The position numbers and the translations under genes were made by a program. DNA of 64,000 nt from a virus. The DNA lies in the IMG/VR virus record IMGVR_UViG_3300029258_005404; one strand, given 5' to 3'. The notes below the pieces were generated by a model that was not told where the DNA came from, did no database searches, and saw nothing but the letters and a program-made list of their open reading frames with translations. Shown here in pieces: positions 27,638 to 38,216 of this stretch (within the stretch, counting starts at the first letter, position 1; the number at the start of each line of letters is the position of its first letter).

Positions 27638-28303
27638 CTATCTTCTAAGAGCTCTCCATCCAGATCTTCTTTCGTCACCTATTTTTTTACCCTGCAAATA
27701 TTGTAAAATAGATGATCCTGCACCAAGCCCTGCAGAAGCACCTATTGCAGCTCCAGTATTTATTGTCTGTTTTTTTACCAGATCACGAAGTTCTGATATA
27801 CCTGCATTACCCTTGAGTCTTGGCAGCATGTTAAAAAAAGCCTTATTTTTAATTACTTGCCCGCCCCTTTTTAATCCAATAGCCTTATGTATATGCGTTG
27901 CTCCTTGTTGTGTTATTTTACCTGTTTTAAGCGATTTTGTAAGAGCTTGCGTCCCTTTTGCACCATGATAAAGTTGTTTGTAAGGAGAAATTGCCCCTGC
28001 GCCAAAACCTCTTATAGCACCAACAACTTTTCTTCTAAAACCGCCTGGTGTTTGTGCAAATCTTCGTATTCCGCCGACCGTCCCACTTACAGCTGATGGA
28101 ATTATTGTAGCACCACCTATAATGCCACCAACACTCCCTGATATTAAATGAGTTTTATGACGTTTAGCCCTTTGTGATAGGCCAAATGTGCTTGTGCCAG
28201 TTGGGTCAAAACCAGCTAAAAAAGATTTTGATATGGAAACAGGATCTTTAGCTATTTTTTGAAGTTCGTCTACAAAAGCTGCTTTATAAATATCGTTATT
28301 CAT
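27638..28303 (-). CDS. Gly-rich basic putative virion (head-internal) protein
   Basis: N-terminal YKAAFVDELQKIA motif, GxxGG-rich hydrophobic segments. Confidence 0.55.
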   Translation of the reverse strand: MNNDIYKAAFVDELQKIAKDPVSISKSFLAGFDPTGTSTFGLSQRAKRHKTHLISGSVGGIIGGATIIPSAVSGTVGGIRRFAQTPGGFRRKVVGAIRGFGAGAISPYKQLYHGAKGTQALTKSLKTGKITQQGATHIHKAIGLKRGGQVIKNKAFFNMLPRLKGNAGISELRDLVKKQTINTGAAIGASAGLGAGSSILQYLQGKKIGDERRSGWRALRR

Positions 28304-28312
28304 ATTTATACC

Positions 28313-29044
28313 TTATTGGCTATAAACGAGTGCCGCTTTTTCAGTTTTAAGAATACGTTTTGTCTGAATATCAACAAAGCTTTCTGTTACAGACTGGTAT
28401 TTGCCATTATTAAATTTATTGTATCTTCTATAAATTTCAATCCAGTTTTCTGAATTAGATACCATCTCTTTCATTTTATCTTTTATAATTTTAATTAAAG
28501 AAGGTGGAGGTGTATAAATGCCTTCGTTAATTAAAATAATACATATATATTTAATTACATCATTACTAAAAAACGATTCCCTATCTGGTCTAATATAATT
28601 AAGCGCCTTTACAGCATTAATTATCATTCCCGGCGACGGGCTTCTTAAATATTCAAAATCGGCGATACTTCCTGAAAACGATAAAGCAATTTGATTAAAT
28701 TCATACCAGTCAGAAAAGGCTCCATCGCTTCGGCAAACATGCCTTATAGCCAGGATCTTATCACGATTGATATCTTCTAACGCTGTACCATATTTAATCC
28801 ACAGAAGCCTCTCAATGGTCTCTATTTCATATTCCCACCAATCTTGACCAAAAGCCCTATTTAGAAAATCATATATTTTAATAACAGATGATTTTTCATC
28901 ATTAAGTAATGTATTTATCTTTGTCGGTGTAACAGGCTCATTACGAGCAATTTTAGTTTGCTCGATTTCATTTTTAATACGCTCTACCTCATTTGGTTTA
29001 TTAAATAGGTAGGCTTCATAGAGCTGTTGTGATAACTTTTCCAC
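28313..29044 (-). CDS. Hypothetical protein
   Basis: 243-aa ORF in the structural block. Confidence 0.65.
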   Translation of the reverse strand: MEKLSQQLYEAYLFNKPNEVERIKNEIEQTKIARNEPVTPTKINTLLNDEKSSVIKIYDFLNRAFGQDWWEYEIETIERLLWIKYGTALEDINRDKILAIRHVCRSDGAFSDWYEFNQIALSFSGSIADFEYLRSPSPGMIINAVKALNYIRPDRESFFSNDVIKYICIILINEGIYTPPPSLIKIIKDKMKEMVSNSENWIEIYRRYNKFNNGKYQSVTESFVDIQTKRILKTEKAALVYSQ

Positions 29045-29174
29045 TATTTGATTTTCTCTGTTTCATTTTTTTATCTATAAAACTTTTTAAACAAAATAAA
29101 TTACAATTTGGCAATTTTTCTTTTTTAAATAATGCTTTAATAGATTTAATAATCCACGAAAAAGTCATTTTTTT

Positions 29175-29801
29175 TTATTCATCTTTTATTATAGTATTAT
29201 ATGATTTATTTATTATTTCTGGTAGAGATTCCCACCAATTATTCCATTTTTTATTACCTTTCCATATTTTACCAGCAACACATATACGAGGCCTCCCATT
29301 AAATCCAATATCTGATTTTGCATATATATTAGGTTCTTTTTGAAGTTCATTTACTATTTTTTTATGCAATTTATCATATTGTGGTGGCATTCTAAAAACA
29401 ATAGCCGCTGGTCTTTCGGGCCCCTTACCCTCTTCAGAAGATCTTATTTCTACTGGGAGTTTATTTAACCTGTCTAACCATTTATTTTTTAAACCTTTAT
29501 CGACAAAAATTCCTTTCCATTTTTTCTTAGGCTCATTTGTTCTACCCATTAAAAATTTATCAGGATTTTTTCCATAAACAGTTTGATAAGCAAGGGTTGG
29601 AGAATTAACTTTTCCAGTAACACCAGCCACAATCATTTGATCACTTCTGCTTAAAGGGGCATTATTTTTGATTTTATTAAAATTTCTTAAATGACTTGCT
29701 CCCATTAATCCGGATCCAAGCAAAAAACTCGAAAGAACAGAAGTTAATGGCTTTTTTGAAACTGTCTCCCGAAAACTTTGTAATATTTTTCTATTTAGCA
29801 T
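29175..29801 (-). CDS. Hypothetical basic protein
   Basis: 208-aa ORF, co-oriented with its neighbours. Confidence 0.6.
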   Translation of the reverse strand: MLNRKILQSFRETVSKKPLTSVLSSFLLGSGLMGASHLRNFNKIKNNAPLSRSDQMIVAGVTGKVNSPTLAYQTVYGKNPDKFLMGRTNEPKKKWKGIFVDKGLKNKWLDRLNKLPVEIRSSEEGKGPERPAAIVFRMPPQYDKLHKKIVNELQKEPNIYAKSDIGFNGRPRICVAGKIWKGNKKWNNWWESLPEIINKSYNTIIKDE

Positions 29802-29812
29802 TTTTTTTTATT

Positions 29813-30193
29813 TTATACCAATTGCTTTTTAATTTCATTATTAAATGCATTTTGGTAAATTTGCCTTAAATATTCAGATTTTTTTATCAATTCCGATTTT
29901 AAGGCTAATCCAGCACCTGTACGCTTGCCTCCACCAGGGCCAAGGCCAATTCCGTGCGGGCCAGTTCCATCCATTCTTCGTCCGATACCAGCGCCTAAAC
30001 CAATTCCACGACCAAGACCAATTCCTAATCCTCTTACAGGTCCAAATCCAAATTGGCTATGCTTTTTCATACTTTTACCTGTTTGGTAAACCTGCTTTGT
30101 TGAATCCTGGCAAATAGCAATTGCGCTGCCTTTTTCTTTACCTTGATCCATAACATGCTCAACGCATCGAGCTACACGAGTTCCTTTTGGCAT
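29813..30193 (-). CDS. Small Gly-rich protein with DUF5320-like DGTGPxG motif
   Basis: GLGIGLGRGIGLGAGIG repeats, MDGTGPHG, C-terminal YQNAFNNEIKK. Confidence 0.55.
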   Translation of the reverse strand: MPKGTRVARCVEHVMDQGKEKGSAIAICQDSTKQVYQTGKSMKKHSQFGFGPVRGLGIGLGRGIGLGAGIGRRMDGTGPHGIGLGPGGGKRTGAGLALKSELIKKSEYLRQIYQNAFNNEIKKQLV

Positions 30194-30219
30194 ATTTAAA
30201 ACCTTTCGGAAAAAAAAGA

Positions 30220-31050
30220 TTATTTTTTACCTTGCATCTTAGTACCACACTTGGGGCAATCTTTTTCGGCGCATGGGGTTCCACGATTATGTTCTTCCTC
30301 GTGCCCGCATGATGGACATACACATTTTCCGGCCCCTCCAACCATTTGCCTCGGACCGCCAACACCCTTTCCTTCACCAAGTTTTGCAATTTTTTCAATA
30401 AAAAGGCGTTTTTCTGGGGCTGACATATTCTTCACCGTATCAACAGGATGTCTTTTAAAATTATCAGAAACATCCTGAGTGAATGTTGCAGCGATTTTTT
30501 CAAGCACATCTTTCTTTCTCGACATTTTAATCAAGTCATAATTCGTCTTATCACCTGCAACTTTTTCGGCATCGTATTCCGGGCGTATTAAACTCCCAAA
30601 TACAGTTAAAACCGGGTCAACAATATCATTATCGTATCGATATTCAAAATTAGCCAACTTGTCAAAAGCCTCGAGGGCTTTAACAATTGCTATACCTGGC
30701 GTTTCTTCCGAAAGATTAGCCACCTTCTCAAGTAATGGTAGTGCGTCCATTTCTTGACCACCAATGGTAACTTTGATATTTTCTTTTAAACAGGCATCTT
30801 TTCTCAGCTGCATATTACGAACAAAATCTGGCGAAATTGCAGCATCCTTTTTAAGCATGCGCGCATAGTTCGTAATCCAATTACGATCTACATCTACACC
30901 AAGAGCATCAGCTCGTTTTTCTATATTGGTCGCTATTGCCGCTCGGTCCATTGGATTAAACCGAGTGAGATATTTATCAAAATAGGCAACAGCTGTCTTT
31001 ATATGCTCTTCAGTTTCAATTGGATATTTACCCTTTAATGCGAAATGCAT
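30220..31050 (-). CDS. Hypothetical protein with C-terminal CxC-CxxC zinc-ribbon domain
   Basis: C-terminal GGAGKCVCPSCGHEEEHNRGTPCAEKDCPKCGTKM; GGAG SD. Confidence 0.7.
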   Translation of the reverse strand: MHFALKGKYPIETEEHIKTAVAYFDKYLTRFNPMDRAAIATNIEKRADALGVDVDRNWITNYARMLKKDAAISPDFVRNMQLRKDACLKENIKVTIGGQEMDALPLLEKVANLSEETPGIAIVKALEAFDKLANFEYRYDNDIVDPVLTVFGSLIRPEYDAEKVAGDKTNYDLIKMSRKKDVLEKIAATFTQDVSDNFKRHPVDTVKNMSAPEKRLFIEKIAKLGEGKGVGGPRQMVGGAGKCVCPSCGHEEEHNRGTPCAEKDCPKCGTKMQGKK

Positions 31051-31069
31051 AATACACTCCTATTTTAAA

Positions 31070-31936
31070 TTATGCGGTACCAATAAAAATACCGTTTTTA
31101 AATTTCAAATCTATTGTCCCAGTCCCGGCGGCGTCACGCACTGTAAGAGCCAAATTTGTAGCTCCTTCACCCTCGGTCGTAAATATTTTTCCACCAGATT
31201 CAATTTTTAAATCACCATAGACTTTATAATCATATCCTGTGCTAAAATTTATATCTCCACCAGAAAAATCTACAGTTCCAAAAAATGTAGAGTTGCCATT
31301 TACATCTAAACCAGAAACTCTATATTTTCCATTTGGAGTATTTGGACCAAGTCCTCGTGATGTAGAGTTATTTACAGCTACTATATCAGCCCCCAGAACA
31401 TCAACACTTCCTATATATATAAGATCAGAATTTCCTGAAATTATAGTTGGACTTATTGTTAAAATATCTCCAACAAAACTTTGAACAGAATCTTTTTTTG
31501 AAGCGGCAAAATCATCATATACTATATCTTGCGTACCGGCCTTTCCAATAAATCCTGTTTTTTTTCCGTCTTCGTAAACATCTCCATCAATTGCAGCCAT
31601 TTTATGACGAATATATACATATTTTGTGCCATCAGCACTATCTACATTTGAAGTAATATTTGTTGATATAAGAACTATATCACCATTTGGAGTAAATCCA
31701 TGGCCGGCAGATATGGAAATGGATAAAGATGCAGTCTTTGATATCCACATTCCTCTCATTGGCCGGCCCGGTTCGTTACCAACAATAGCTGCCGCTATAC
31801 GTCTCAAATTATCAAGCATTGCGGCTTGAACAGACCATGGAGTAAGCCCAGGAACACCATCCTCTGTACCAGAATCACTCCCAATAATTTCATTCATCCT
31901 CTGTTTAAGTCCGAACCGTATATTTACTCTTTTCAT
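31070..31936 (-). CDS. Putative tail/fibre structural protein
   Basis: ISAGHGFTPNGDIVLI N-terminal module, beta-repeat middle, and a KFKNGIFIG C-terminus typical of fibre/spike tips. Confidence 0.5.
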   Translation of the reverse strand: MKRVNIRFGLKQRMNEIIGSDSGTEDGVPGLTPWSVQAAMLDNLRRIAAAIVGNEPGRPMRGMWISKTASLSISISAGHGFTPNGDIVLISTNITSNVDSADGTKYVYIRHKMAAIDGDVYEDGKKTGFIGKAGTQDIVYDDFAASKKDSVQSFVGDILTISPTIISGNSDLIYIGSVDVLGADIVAVNNSTSRGLGPNTPNGKYRVSGLDVNGNSTFFGTVDFSGGDINFSTGYDYKVYGDLKIESGGKIFTTEGEGATNLALTVRDAAGTGTIDLKFKNGIFIGTA

Positions 31937-31948
31937 ATTATACTCCGG

Positions 31949-32374
31949 CTAATCTTTATTAGCGGTTGATCCTGCAATATCTACATTAGCAGGTACATTT
32001 GAATGGCCAGAAACATCAATTCCTGATTGAGGTTCTCCCGGTTGTATATTGGGCATATTTTTTGGTGGTTGGTATTTCTCACACCATTCATTAATTTTAT
32101 CTTCAGATTCTTTTTTTAACTCTTCTGTTATAACATCGGACATAGTATCAATAGAACCAAGAAGATGATAAAATTTTGTTTCAAGTTGAGATAAAGCCTC
32201 TCTACCTTGTGCTATTGCAAAATTTGTTGATGCTGCTGATTTTTCATAACCTTCAAGCTTATCAAAAAACTTTGTAAGCTCTTCAGGCTGCTCATTCTTA
32301 TTACGCATAAGATAAGCAACTGCCATTTTGCACCGCTGCTCAGGCGGTAACGAATTAACATAAACTTTGTCCAT
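31949..32374 (-). CDS. Hypothetical coiled-coil protein
   Basis: 141 aa, AAGGAGG SD. Confidence 0.65.
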   Translation of the reverse strand: MDKVYVNSLPPEQRCKMAVAYLMRNKNEQPEELTKFFDKLEGYEKSAASTNFAIAQGREALSQLETKFYHLLGSIDTMSDVITEELKKESEDKINEWCEKYQPPKNMPNIQPGEPQSGIDVSGHSNVPANVDIAGSTANKD

Positions 32375-32398
32375 TAACCCTCCTTAAATAGCCACCCA

Positions 32399-33541
32399 TT
32401 AAGATGGAAGAGGAGGAGCTGGCTCCTCTTCAATAAATACATGATTATTATAATTGTAAAGCTCAGGAACATTGTCCTGTGAATTTACATTTTCAACTAA
32501 AGTAAACCTTTCGTTTGCTTCATCATTTATATCAGTAATACCCTGAAACATACCATCGAATGATTCAATTTTTTCAATATATGGACTAAATACTGTATCG
32601 AGATCAAGGTCAGATGTAAAACGTGATGATAGCCATTTTTCAGTAGTAACAACATATGGGCTGCTTCTATCCACATTAGTAACAATACCATAATGAATAA
32701 ATGGGCCAATAGGAGATCCCCCGCCATCTACACCGCGTATTGTTAATTTAAGAATATCTCCTATGATCATATCATCAACATGAGATATAAATGCAGGATC
32801 TGTTCCGGAAATAGTAACAATTTTTTCGGCGGCACCCTCGGCCGGAATTATAATATCTGCAGCGTAATCAGATGTTATTTTTGGCAAACTTGCTACAATC
32901 GAAAAATAATCAAGTGGAATAACCAATTTTGAATCTTTGCCAAATCTTATCGCAGGAACACCTGCCCATCTTATCCTTTTATAGAAGTTTGATAGTGCAG
33001 TAAGTGGGGCAAAATATTCAATATCAAATCTTGTTGTTGTTATTCTTGAATCTACACTGAGATTAAAAAATAATGCCATATTATAATATTCATTATTCAC
33101 GTCTGTAAGCAAAGATAAATTGGTATCATAAATAGGAAAGGAGCTTCCATAAACTGATATATCAAGCTCTTCTGGCTCTATTTGTAAAAACCATTTAAAA
33201 GCATTTAATGTAGGATTAGTTAAACTATCAGCAAGAGTCGCAAAGTTTCTTATCAATGATATATCATAATTGTCAGTAATTGGTTTGAAACACTGAATGG
33301 CATTTCTATCGGCAGTATGAACGATTCTTGCTATACTAATCCCTGATTCATAGATATCATACAATCCATTCGGTAATGGCTTTGATTGAAAATACCCATC
33401 ATCATCAGATTGAACTGAGCCCATTGTAATACTTCCTGACGGTGCCGCCTGTTTAATAATTATCTGAGAATTCCTCAGAACATTTCCGGCACTATCAGTT
33501 ACATGCCCTTCAATCGGTTTTGAGCGTAAGTTAGAAGACAT
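32399..33541 (-). CDS. Putative virion protein with N-terminal prealbumin-like (carboxypeptidase-regulatory-like) domain
   Basis: IEGHVTDSAGNVLRNSQIII...SDDDGYF...LPNGLYDIY. Confidence 0.55.
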   Translation of the reverse strand: MSSNLRSKPIEGHVTDSAGNVLRNSQIIIKQAAPSGSITMGSVQSDDDGYFQSKPLPNGLYDIYESGISIARIVHTADRNAIQCFKPITDNYDISLIRNFATLADSLTNPTLNAFKWFLQIEPEELDISVYGSSFPIYDTNLSLLTDVNNEYYNMALFFNLSVDSRITTTRFDIEYFAPLTALSNFYKRIRWAGVPAIRFGKDSKLVIPLDYFSIVASLPKITSDYAADIIIPAEGAAEKIVTISGTDPAFISHVDDMIIGDILKLTIRGVDGGGSPIGPFIHYGIVTNVDRSSPYVVTTEKWLSSRFTSDLDLDTVFSPYIEKIESFDGMFQGITDINDEANERFTLVENVNSQDNVPELYNYNNHVFIEEEPAPPLPS

Positions 33542-33590
33542 TAATAAACCTCCATATCTTCAATATACAATATTTGTTGCAATCAATCAA

Positions 33591-36500
33591 TTACCGAGAA
33601 GCGCATTTGAAATAAGTAAGACCAAGCTTTCTTAAGCGTTCTGTAATAGTTATCTTTGCCCAGTTAAAAGCGGAATCAAATGTAGTGCCATCTCCCCAAG
33701 GGAAATTAACCCACTCATTGCCGCCATCAATAGCACTTCCAAGGTATTGTATATCACTTGAATCTTCATTTATATAATTTACTGGATAGTCGTTATTTCT
33801 ACGCACTCTTATTCTAAATTTTATTTTATTATTACTATCAATATATCTTTCAAAATCAGAAATATTATTGGTTCCTTCTTGTGATCTTATATCAATATAT
33901 CTTTTTACAGATTTTGTTAAATCTATAGGTGATGGTATATTTGTATTAAATGAAAAATTAGAATTTTTACTTAAATATTTTTCAGGCTTATGTATAGAAA
34001 GATATCCAAAATCTCCAGGTAGATTTGTTACGTCGATTAAAGTTTTATCTTTGACAAATAAATCTCCTAAGACGCCATCATATCTCATAAAAATTTTATA
34101 CGCCTCAATACCGCCAACTGGCGCCCATTGTATATAAATAATATGATAATTTTTTAATATATATGAATCTGACAATACAAAATTTGATTGACCATCAAGA
34201 CTTGGAGAATTTTGCCATTCAGGTGGAAACCATGGAAAAAAATTAGGATCAAAAGTGCTTATATAAAATGACCATATATCAGAGAATTCGTTTGTTATAA
34301 CAGCTCCCGGTGTGCCATCGTCATCAATAGCAAACATATTATCAAGAATAAGTTCACCAGCAATTTTATTAGTATCTGAAGAAATAACTGATAATGGTCT
34401 CCAGTTTCCTGAATTATTATTTCCTATATCGGACTTCATATCCCATATTTCAATAACTAAATTCGATTTTGCATCTTGAGTGGTTAAGAATTCAGATCCT
34501 GGGACAGTTGTTTCTCCTTTCGTTTGTTGTTGAGATTCAATTGCCATCATGTGCGCAAAGCCAGAAAAGTAACCATATAGCCATCTTTTTACATCAGGTA
34601 TTGCACCATTTTTATATTGATATGTCTGAAAATCCTCAAATAAAGTTGATACATCTATTTCGCATAAATATGCCGGATTTTCTCTTCCTATAAACGATGA
34701 ATATTTGTTTTTATCAAACTTCCATTGTCTATTGTCAACAAGTGTAATAAGTTTTAAATCACTTGAAAAATATGGAAGATATAAATCTGGTTCAATCTCT
34801 ACTCTTGGTTGCGTTATATTTATTTCATAAGTTCCATATTTTTTAAATTCATCAATTTGTGATTTTATTAAACTCAATAAATTCCATTCAAGTGGTTGCC
34901 ATACTAAATGGCCCGGATATTGAATTATTTCATTATGATATTGAGGTTTATAAATACCTTCTAAAATAAATGTACGATCATAATAATAATGAACATATCC
35001 ATCACCAATATTATAAATTTCATCTGATGTATATATTTGCTCAAACAACTCATGATGTGAAAAAGAATCATCACCATATGGTGCATATCTTTCATTTGTC
35101 GAGTCATATCTTTCATCTTCACCAACAGATGTTGCTTCCCATGATCCAGCATTGATATAATCAGCTTTATATAATATTTGAGTTGGAAGATATGGATGGT
35201 CTGTATTATAATTCATTACAAAGCGCTCATATACAGAACCTGGACAAAATGGAAATTCAATGTTATAGATAACTTCATACTCCCCATCACGAGAGCGTTT
35301 TACTTTAAAATGTGGATTTCGTTCAAGTATTTTTATATAACCATTAACAGCAGGTAATTTTATCATAGGTCTAAATTTTTCATATTGTTGTATTCTTGTT
35401 ACAATTGATGTGTCTGTAAGAATTTCAATATCTTCATTTGGTATTGCATTTATAGGATCACTATCTCCCGGAGGTGGTGTATTTGTAAATGTATGATTAT
35501 TACAATAAACGTGAAGATATTCATTATGGCTTGATTGAATATTTCCAGCCTGGTTAATTATTGTTCTGCATATAAAACCCATCCCAGAAACTTTCATTTC
35601 ATTATCGCTATACTTTTCAGCTCTCGGACCAAATGAGTTTATGTAAAATTTTCTATGCTTTCCTGTTCCTATTTTTCCACCAACTAAATCATCGAGGCAA
35701 AAGTCCTGACGATGCAATAACGATTCATTATCTTCTCCAAAATTATCATAAAAAACACTTGGGGCAGAATTAAATAAACCATAATTATCACGAGGATTTT
35801 TTATAATAAGAGTGTCAATTATATCAGTATTAACCTCTTCGAGCGCAAGATATCTATCAAGCTCTTTTATTAAAGTAAGAGGCGCTTTAATTTTTAAATA
35901 CATTGCCGGGTCATCAAGAAAATCACTTATACTTGTATGTTGTCTTGGCTCCCCTTTATAATTTACAAAAGATATTTTTGCTACTTGGCCATTTGCAATT
36001 GGTTTTACTGTGAAATACGGCTCTGTCATTACAACAGCAGAATTTCTTCTATTTCTCTCAGTATCTAAATCCAAACCAACAAGAACATCATCCAAATTAG
36101 GATCTTTTTTTAGAAGTATAAACCGCTCAATAGATGCATCCCATTTTGTCATATGTTTACATATATTATAAACAATTCTTGATTGGTCATCAGCTTCACC
36201 AAGATGTACACCAGAATGAAAAGTTGCTGAGCCAAACCTAGTCAATCTCGATCCAGTTGATGATGACGAGCCCCAATTAACTAAAACTTTTGCAGGTTCT
36301 AAAACTCCATTTTGAGTTATCTCTGGATAAAACTGTATATACCCTTTTGCAGGTGGGTGCTGCGGCCCAGTGGCATATTCATAATAAGGTGTTATGTATT
36401 GCCAGTCAGCGGTTTGATTAACAAAACATTGTACAAATCCAATGTATGGATAATATTTATTACTTCCGGATTGAATTTTTCTTTGATGAATGACCCAATT

Positions 36501-37298
36501 ATGAACACTGGTAGGAAAGTGATAAAATTCAGGATTGTCAGCATTGACTTTATAGTCAAACATTCTTATAATGTCATTTTTTCCAGTATAAGGATCAATT
36601 ATTGATGATATGTCACTATCACCATAGTAATCAGTAAATATAGGTAAAAGTGTTATATCAAAATCATCTTCATTCAGATAATATTCTTTATATACACCAT
36701 TGTAGGGAGATATTTTTTTATGATTAACCCATAAATATTGATCATAATACTCATATTCTTCACCTTCTGGGTATTTAGCCATATCAAGTTTGTAACCAAT
36801 AGCATAATAAACTGGAGATCTATATTGGTTGTGACGAATATTAAAATTAACCCTTGTTCTTAAATAGTCAGGATCTTGCTGTGGATTTGTACTATGAATC
36901 AATGGATATAATTCAGAAAAGTTTACATATTCAATAATATCATATTCTGAAAATTTTTGACCAACTTTAAAATACTGACGGGTAGACAATTCAGTATAAT
37001 GTTTTGGAAATGCTGAATAATTATATTCACTAAGAAATGGATATTGCTCATGAAGCCTTTCTATATTTCCATATTCTTGTTGAAATATATTTCTTTCACT
37101 ATAAAATGATATATATCCAATATGTCGGTTAATAGATATATTTTCTGCATGCTTATAAAGAAAATCAGATATCCATGAATACTTATTTATTGAAAAACCT
37201 TTTGCTACGCCGGTTGATATTAAATGATGAATATCAGAGAATTCGCTAATAGCATCATAATGATATGTTGATCTTTTTGCGTTTATAAGCCTTAACAT
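33591..37298 (-). CDS. Large putative virion structural protein
   Basis: 1235 aa, Tyr/Asp/Asn-rich and beta-rich, within the tail gene block. Confidence 0.6.
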   Translation of the reverse strand: MLRLINAKRSTYHYDAISEFSDIHHLISTGVAKGFSINKYSWISDFLYKHAENISINRHIGYISFYSERNIFQQEYGNIERLHEQYPFLSEYNYSAFPKHYTELSTRQYFKVGQKFSEYDIIEYVNFSELYPLIHSTNPQQDPDYLRTRVNFNIRHNQYRSPVYYAIGYKLDMAKYPEGEEYEYYDQYLWVNHKKISPYNGVYKEYYLNEDDFDITLLPIFTDYYGDSDISSIIDPYTGKNDIIRMFDYKVNADNPEFYHFPTSVHNWVIHQRKIQSGSNKYYPYIGFVQCFVNQTADWQYITPYYEYATGPQHPPAKGYIQFYPEITQNGVLEPAKVLVNWGSSSSTGSRLTRFGSATFHSGVHLGEADDQSRIVYNICKHMTKWDASIERFILLKKDPNLDDVLVGLDLDTERNRRNSAVVMTEPYFTVKPIANGQVAKISFVNYKGEPRQHTSISDFLDDPAMYLKIKAPLTLIKELDRYLALEEVNTDIIDTLIIKNPRDNYGLFNSAPSVFYDNFGEDNESLLHRQDFCLDDLVGGKIGTGKHRKFYINSFGPRAEKYSDNEMKVSGMGFICRTIINQAGNIQSSHNEYLHVYCNNHTFTNTPPPGDSDPINAIPNEDIEILTDTSIVTRIQQYEKFRPMIKLPAVNGYIKILERNPHFKVKRSRDGEYEVIYNIEFPFCPGSVYERFVMNYNTDHPYLPTQILYKADYINAGSWEATSVGEDERYDSTNERYAPYGDDSFSHHELFEQIYTSDEIYNIGDGYVHYYYDRTFILEGIYKPQYHNEIIQYPGHLVWQPLEWNLLSLIKSQIDEFKKYGTYEINITQPRVEIEPDLYLPYFSSDLKLITLVDNRQWKFDKNKYSSFIGRENPAYLCEIDVSTLFEDFQTYQYKNGAIPDVKRWLYGYFSGFAHMMAIESQQQTKGETTVPGSEFLTTQDAKSNLVIEIWDMKSDIGNNNSGNWRPLSVISSDTNKIAGELILDNMFAIDDDGTPGAVITNEFSDIWSFYISTFDPNFFPWFPPEWQNSPSLDGQSNFVLSDSYILKNYHIIYIQWAPVGGIEAYKIFMRYDGVLGDLFVKDKTLIDVTNLPGDFGYLSIHKPEKYLSKNSNFSFNTNIPSPIDLTKSVKRYIDIRSQEGTNNISDFERYIDSNNKIKFRIRVRRNNDYPVNYINEDSSDIQYLGSAIDGGNEWVNFPWGDGTTFDSAFNWAKITITERLRKLGLTYFKCASR

Positions 37299-37300
37299 AA

Positions 37301-38203
37301 TTATCCATTCACTACTGATAAGCCACCGGTACGAACCTCATTAACTATATTTGTTTTTCCTGACTTGCCTTTATTATAAGTCGGATTTATATATACAAAA
37401 AGTTTACTATCAATTTCACTAAAGAAGAATATATATCTTCCATCATCGAATATAGTCTTAATCATATTGCCAAAAAAGTCATCAGTTTTAGTTATAACAA
37501 TTGATAATTTTCCTTTGTCATAATACGCTTCATATTCTGCAAGTTGAATATTAAATTTATCTGTAGAAAGTTTCAATTCCTGTTCAATAACTTTCATTTT
37601 AATAATAACTTTTGATTCTCTAACAAATTCTTCTTTGTATTCTGAATTTGTTATAAATTGATACCATAAATCTTCATAGATATCATCTCCAATCATTGGA
37701 GTAAATCTCTTGCCAATATGGTCAATGCGAAGCTTGTCTTGAAATATTGATTTTATTTTGTCAGATGTAAAATGAAGTTGATGCACTTCAAGTTCATATG
37801 GGCCAATATCAACAACTCCAGAAATATAAATACGACGATTTCCAATAATATCAATAGGAATATCTGTAACAAATTGATTATCTCCACTATCGAGAACCGG
37901 AGAAGATTTAAGTGGAATAAAATCATTCTCCATTACTTCGTCAATATCAAATAACTGTTCAGTTAAAGGTGTTTCAATAAATTGCGGATCAATATTTGGT
38001 TGAGAGTTAATAATATTTGCCATTGGGTGTGAAATATCAAGGCTTCCAGCACCGTAATTATATGTCATAAGGTTATAAATCACATCCCCCACTGGAGTAT
38101 CAGTGGTAGAAAAGTCTAAATCACTGTCACTATATGATATAACAATGGAATTTTGTATTTCATTTCCATTATTTCCATTTTTTACTAATTGTAAATTAGA
38201 CAT
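37301..38203 (-). CDS. Putative virion protein beginning with the C-terminal half of a beta-helix/choice-of-anchor-Q-like module
   Basis: NSIV...YNL...NIDPQF...DFIPLKSSPVLDSG...DIIGNRRI...DIGPYE in the N-terminal half. Confidence 0.6.
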   Translation of the reverse strand: MSNLQLVKNGNNGNEIQNSIVISYSDSDLDFSTTDTPVGDVIYNLMTYNYGAGSLDISHPMANIINSQPNIDPQFIETPLTEQLFDIDEVMENDFIPLKSSPVLDSGDNQFVTDIPIDIIGNRRIYISGVVDIGPYELEVHQLHFTSDKIKSIFQDKLRIDHIGKRFTPMIGDDIYEDLWYQFITNSEYKEEFVRESKVIIKMKVIEQELKLSTDKFNIQLAEYEAYYDKGKLSIVITKTDDFFGNMIKTIFDDGRYIFFFSEIDSKLFVYINPTYNKGKSGKTNIVNEVRTGGLSVVNG

Positions 38204-38216
38204 ATATTACTTTCTA

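Noticed and set aside
29016-29168. Possible 50-aa minus-strand ORF (MTFSWIIKSIK...) filling a gap
   Set aside because: Short, no SD, no motif, and overlaps the next start; cannot be supported.
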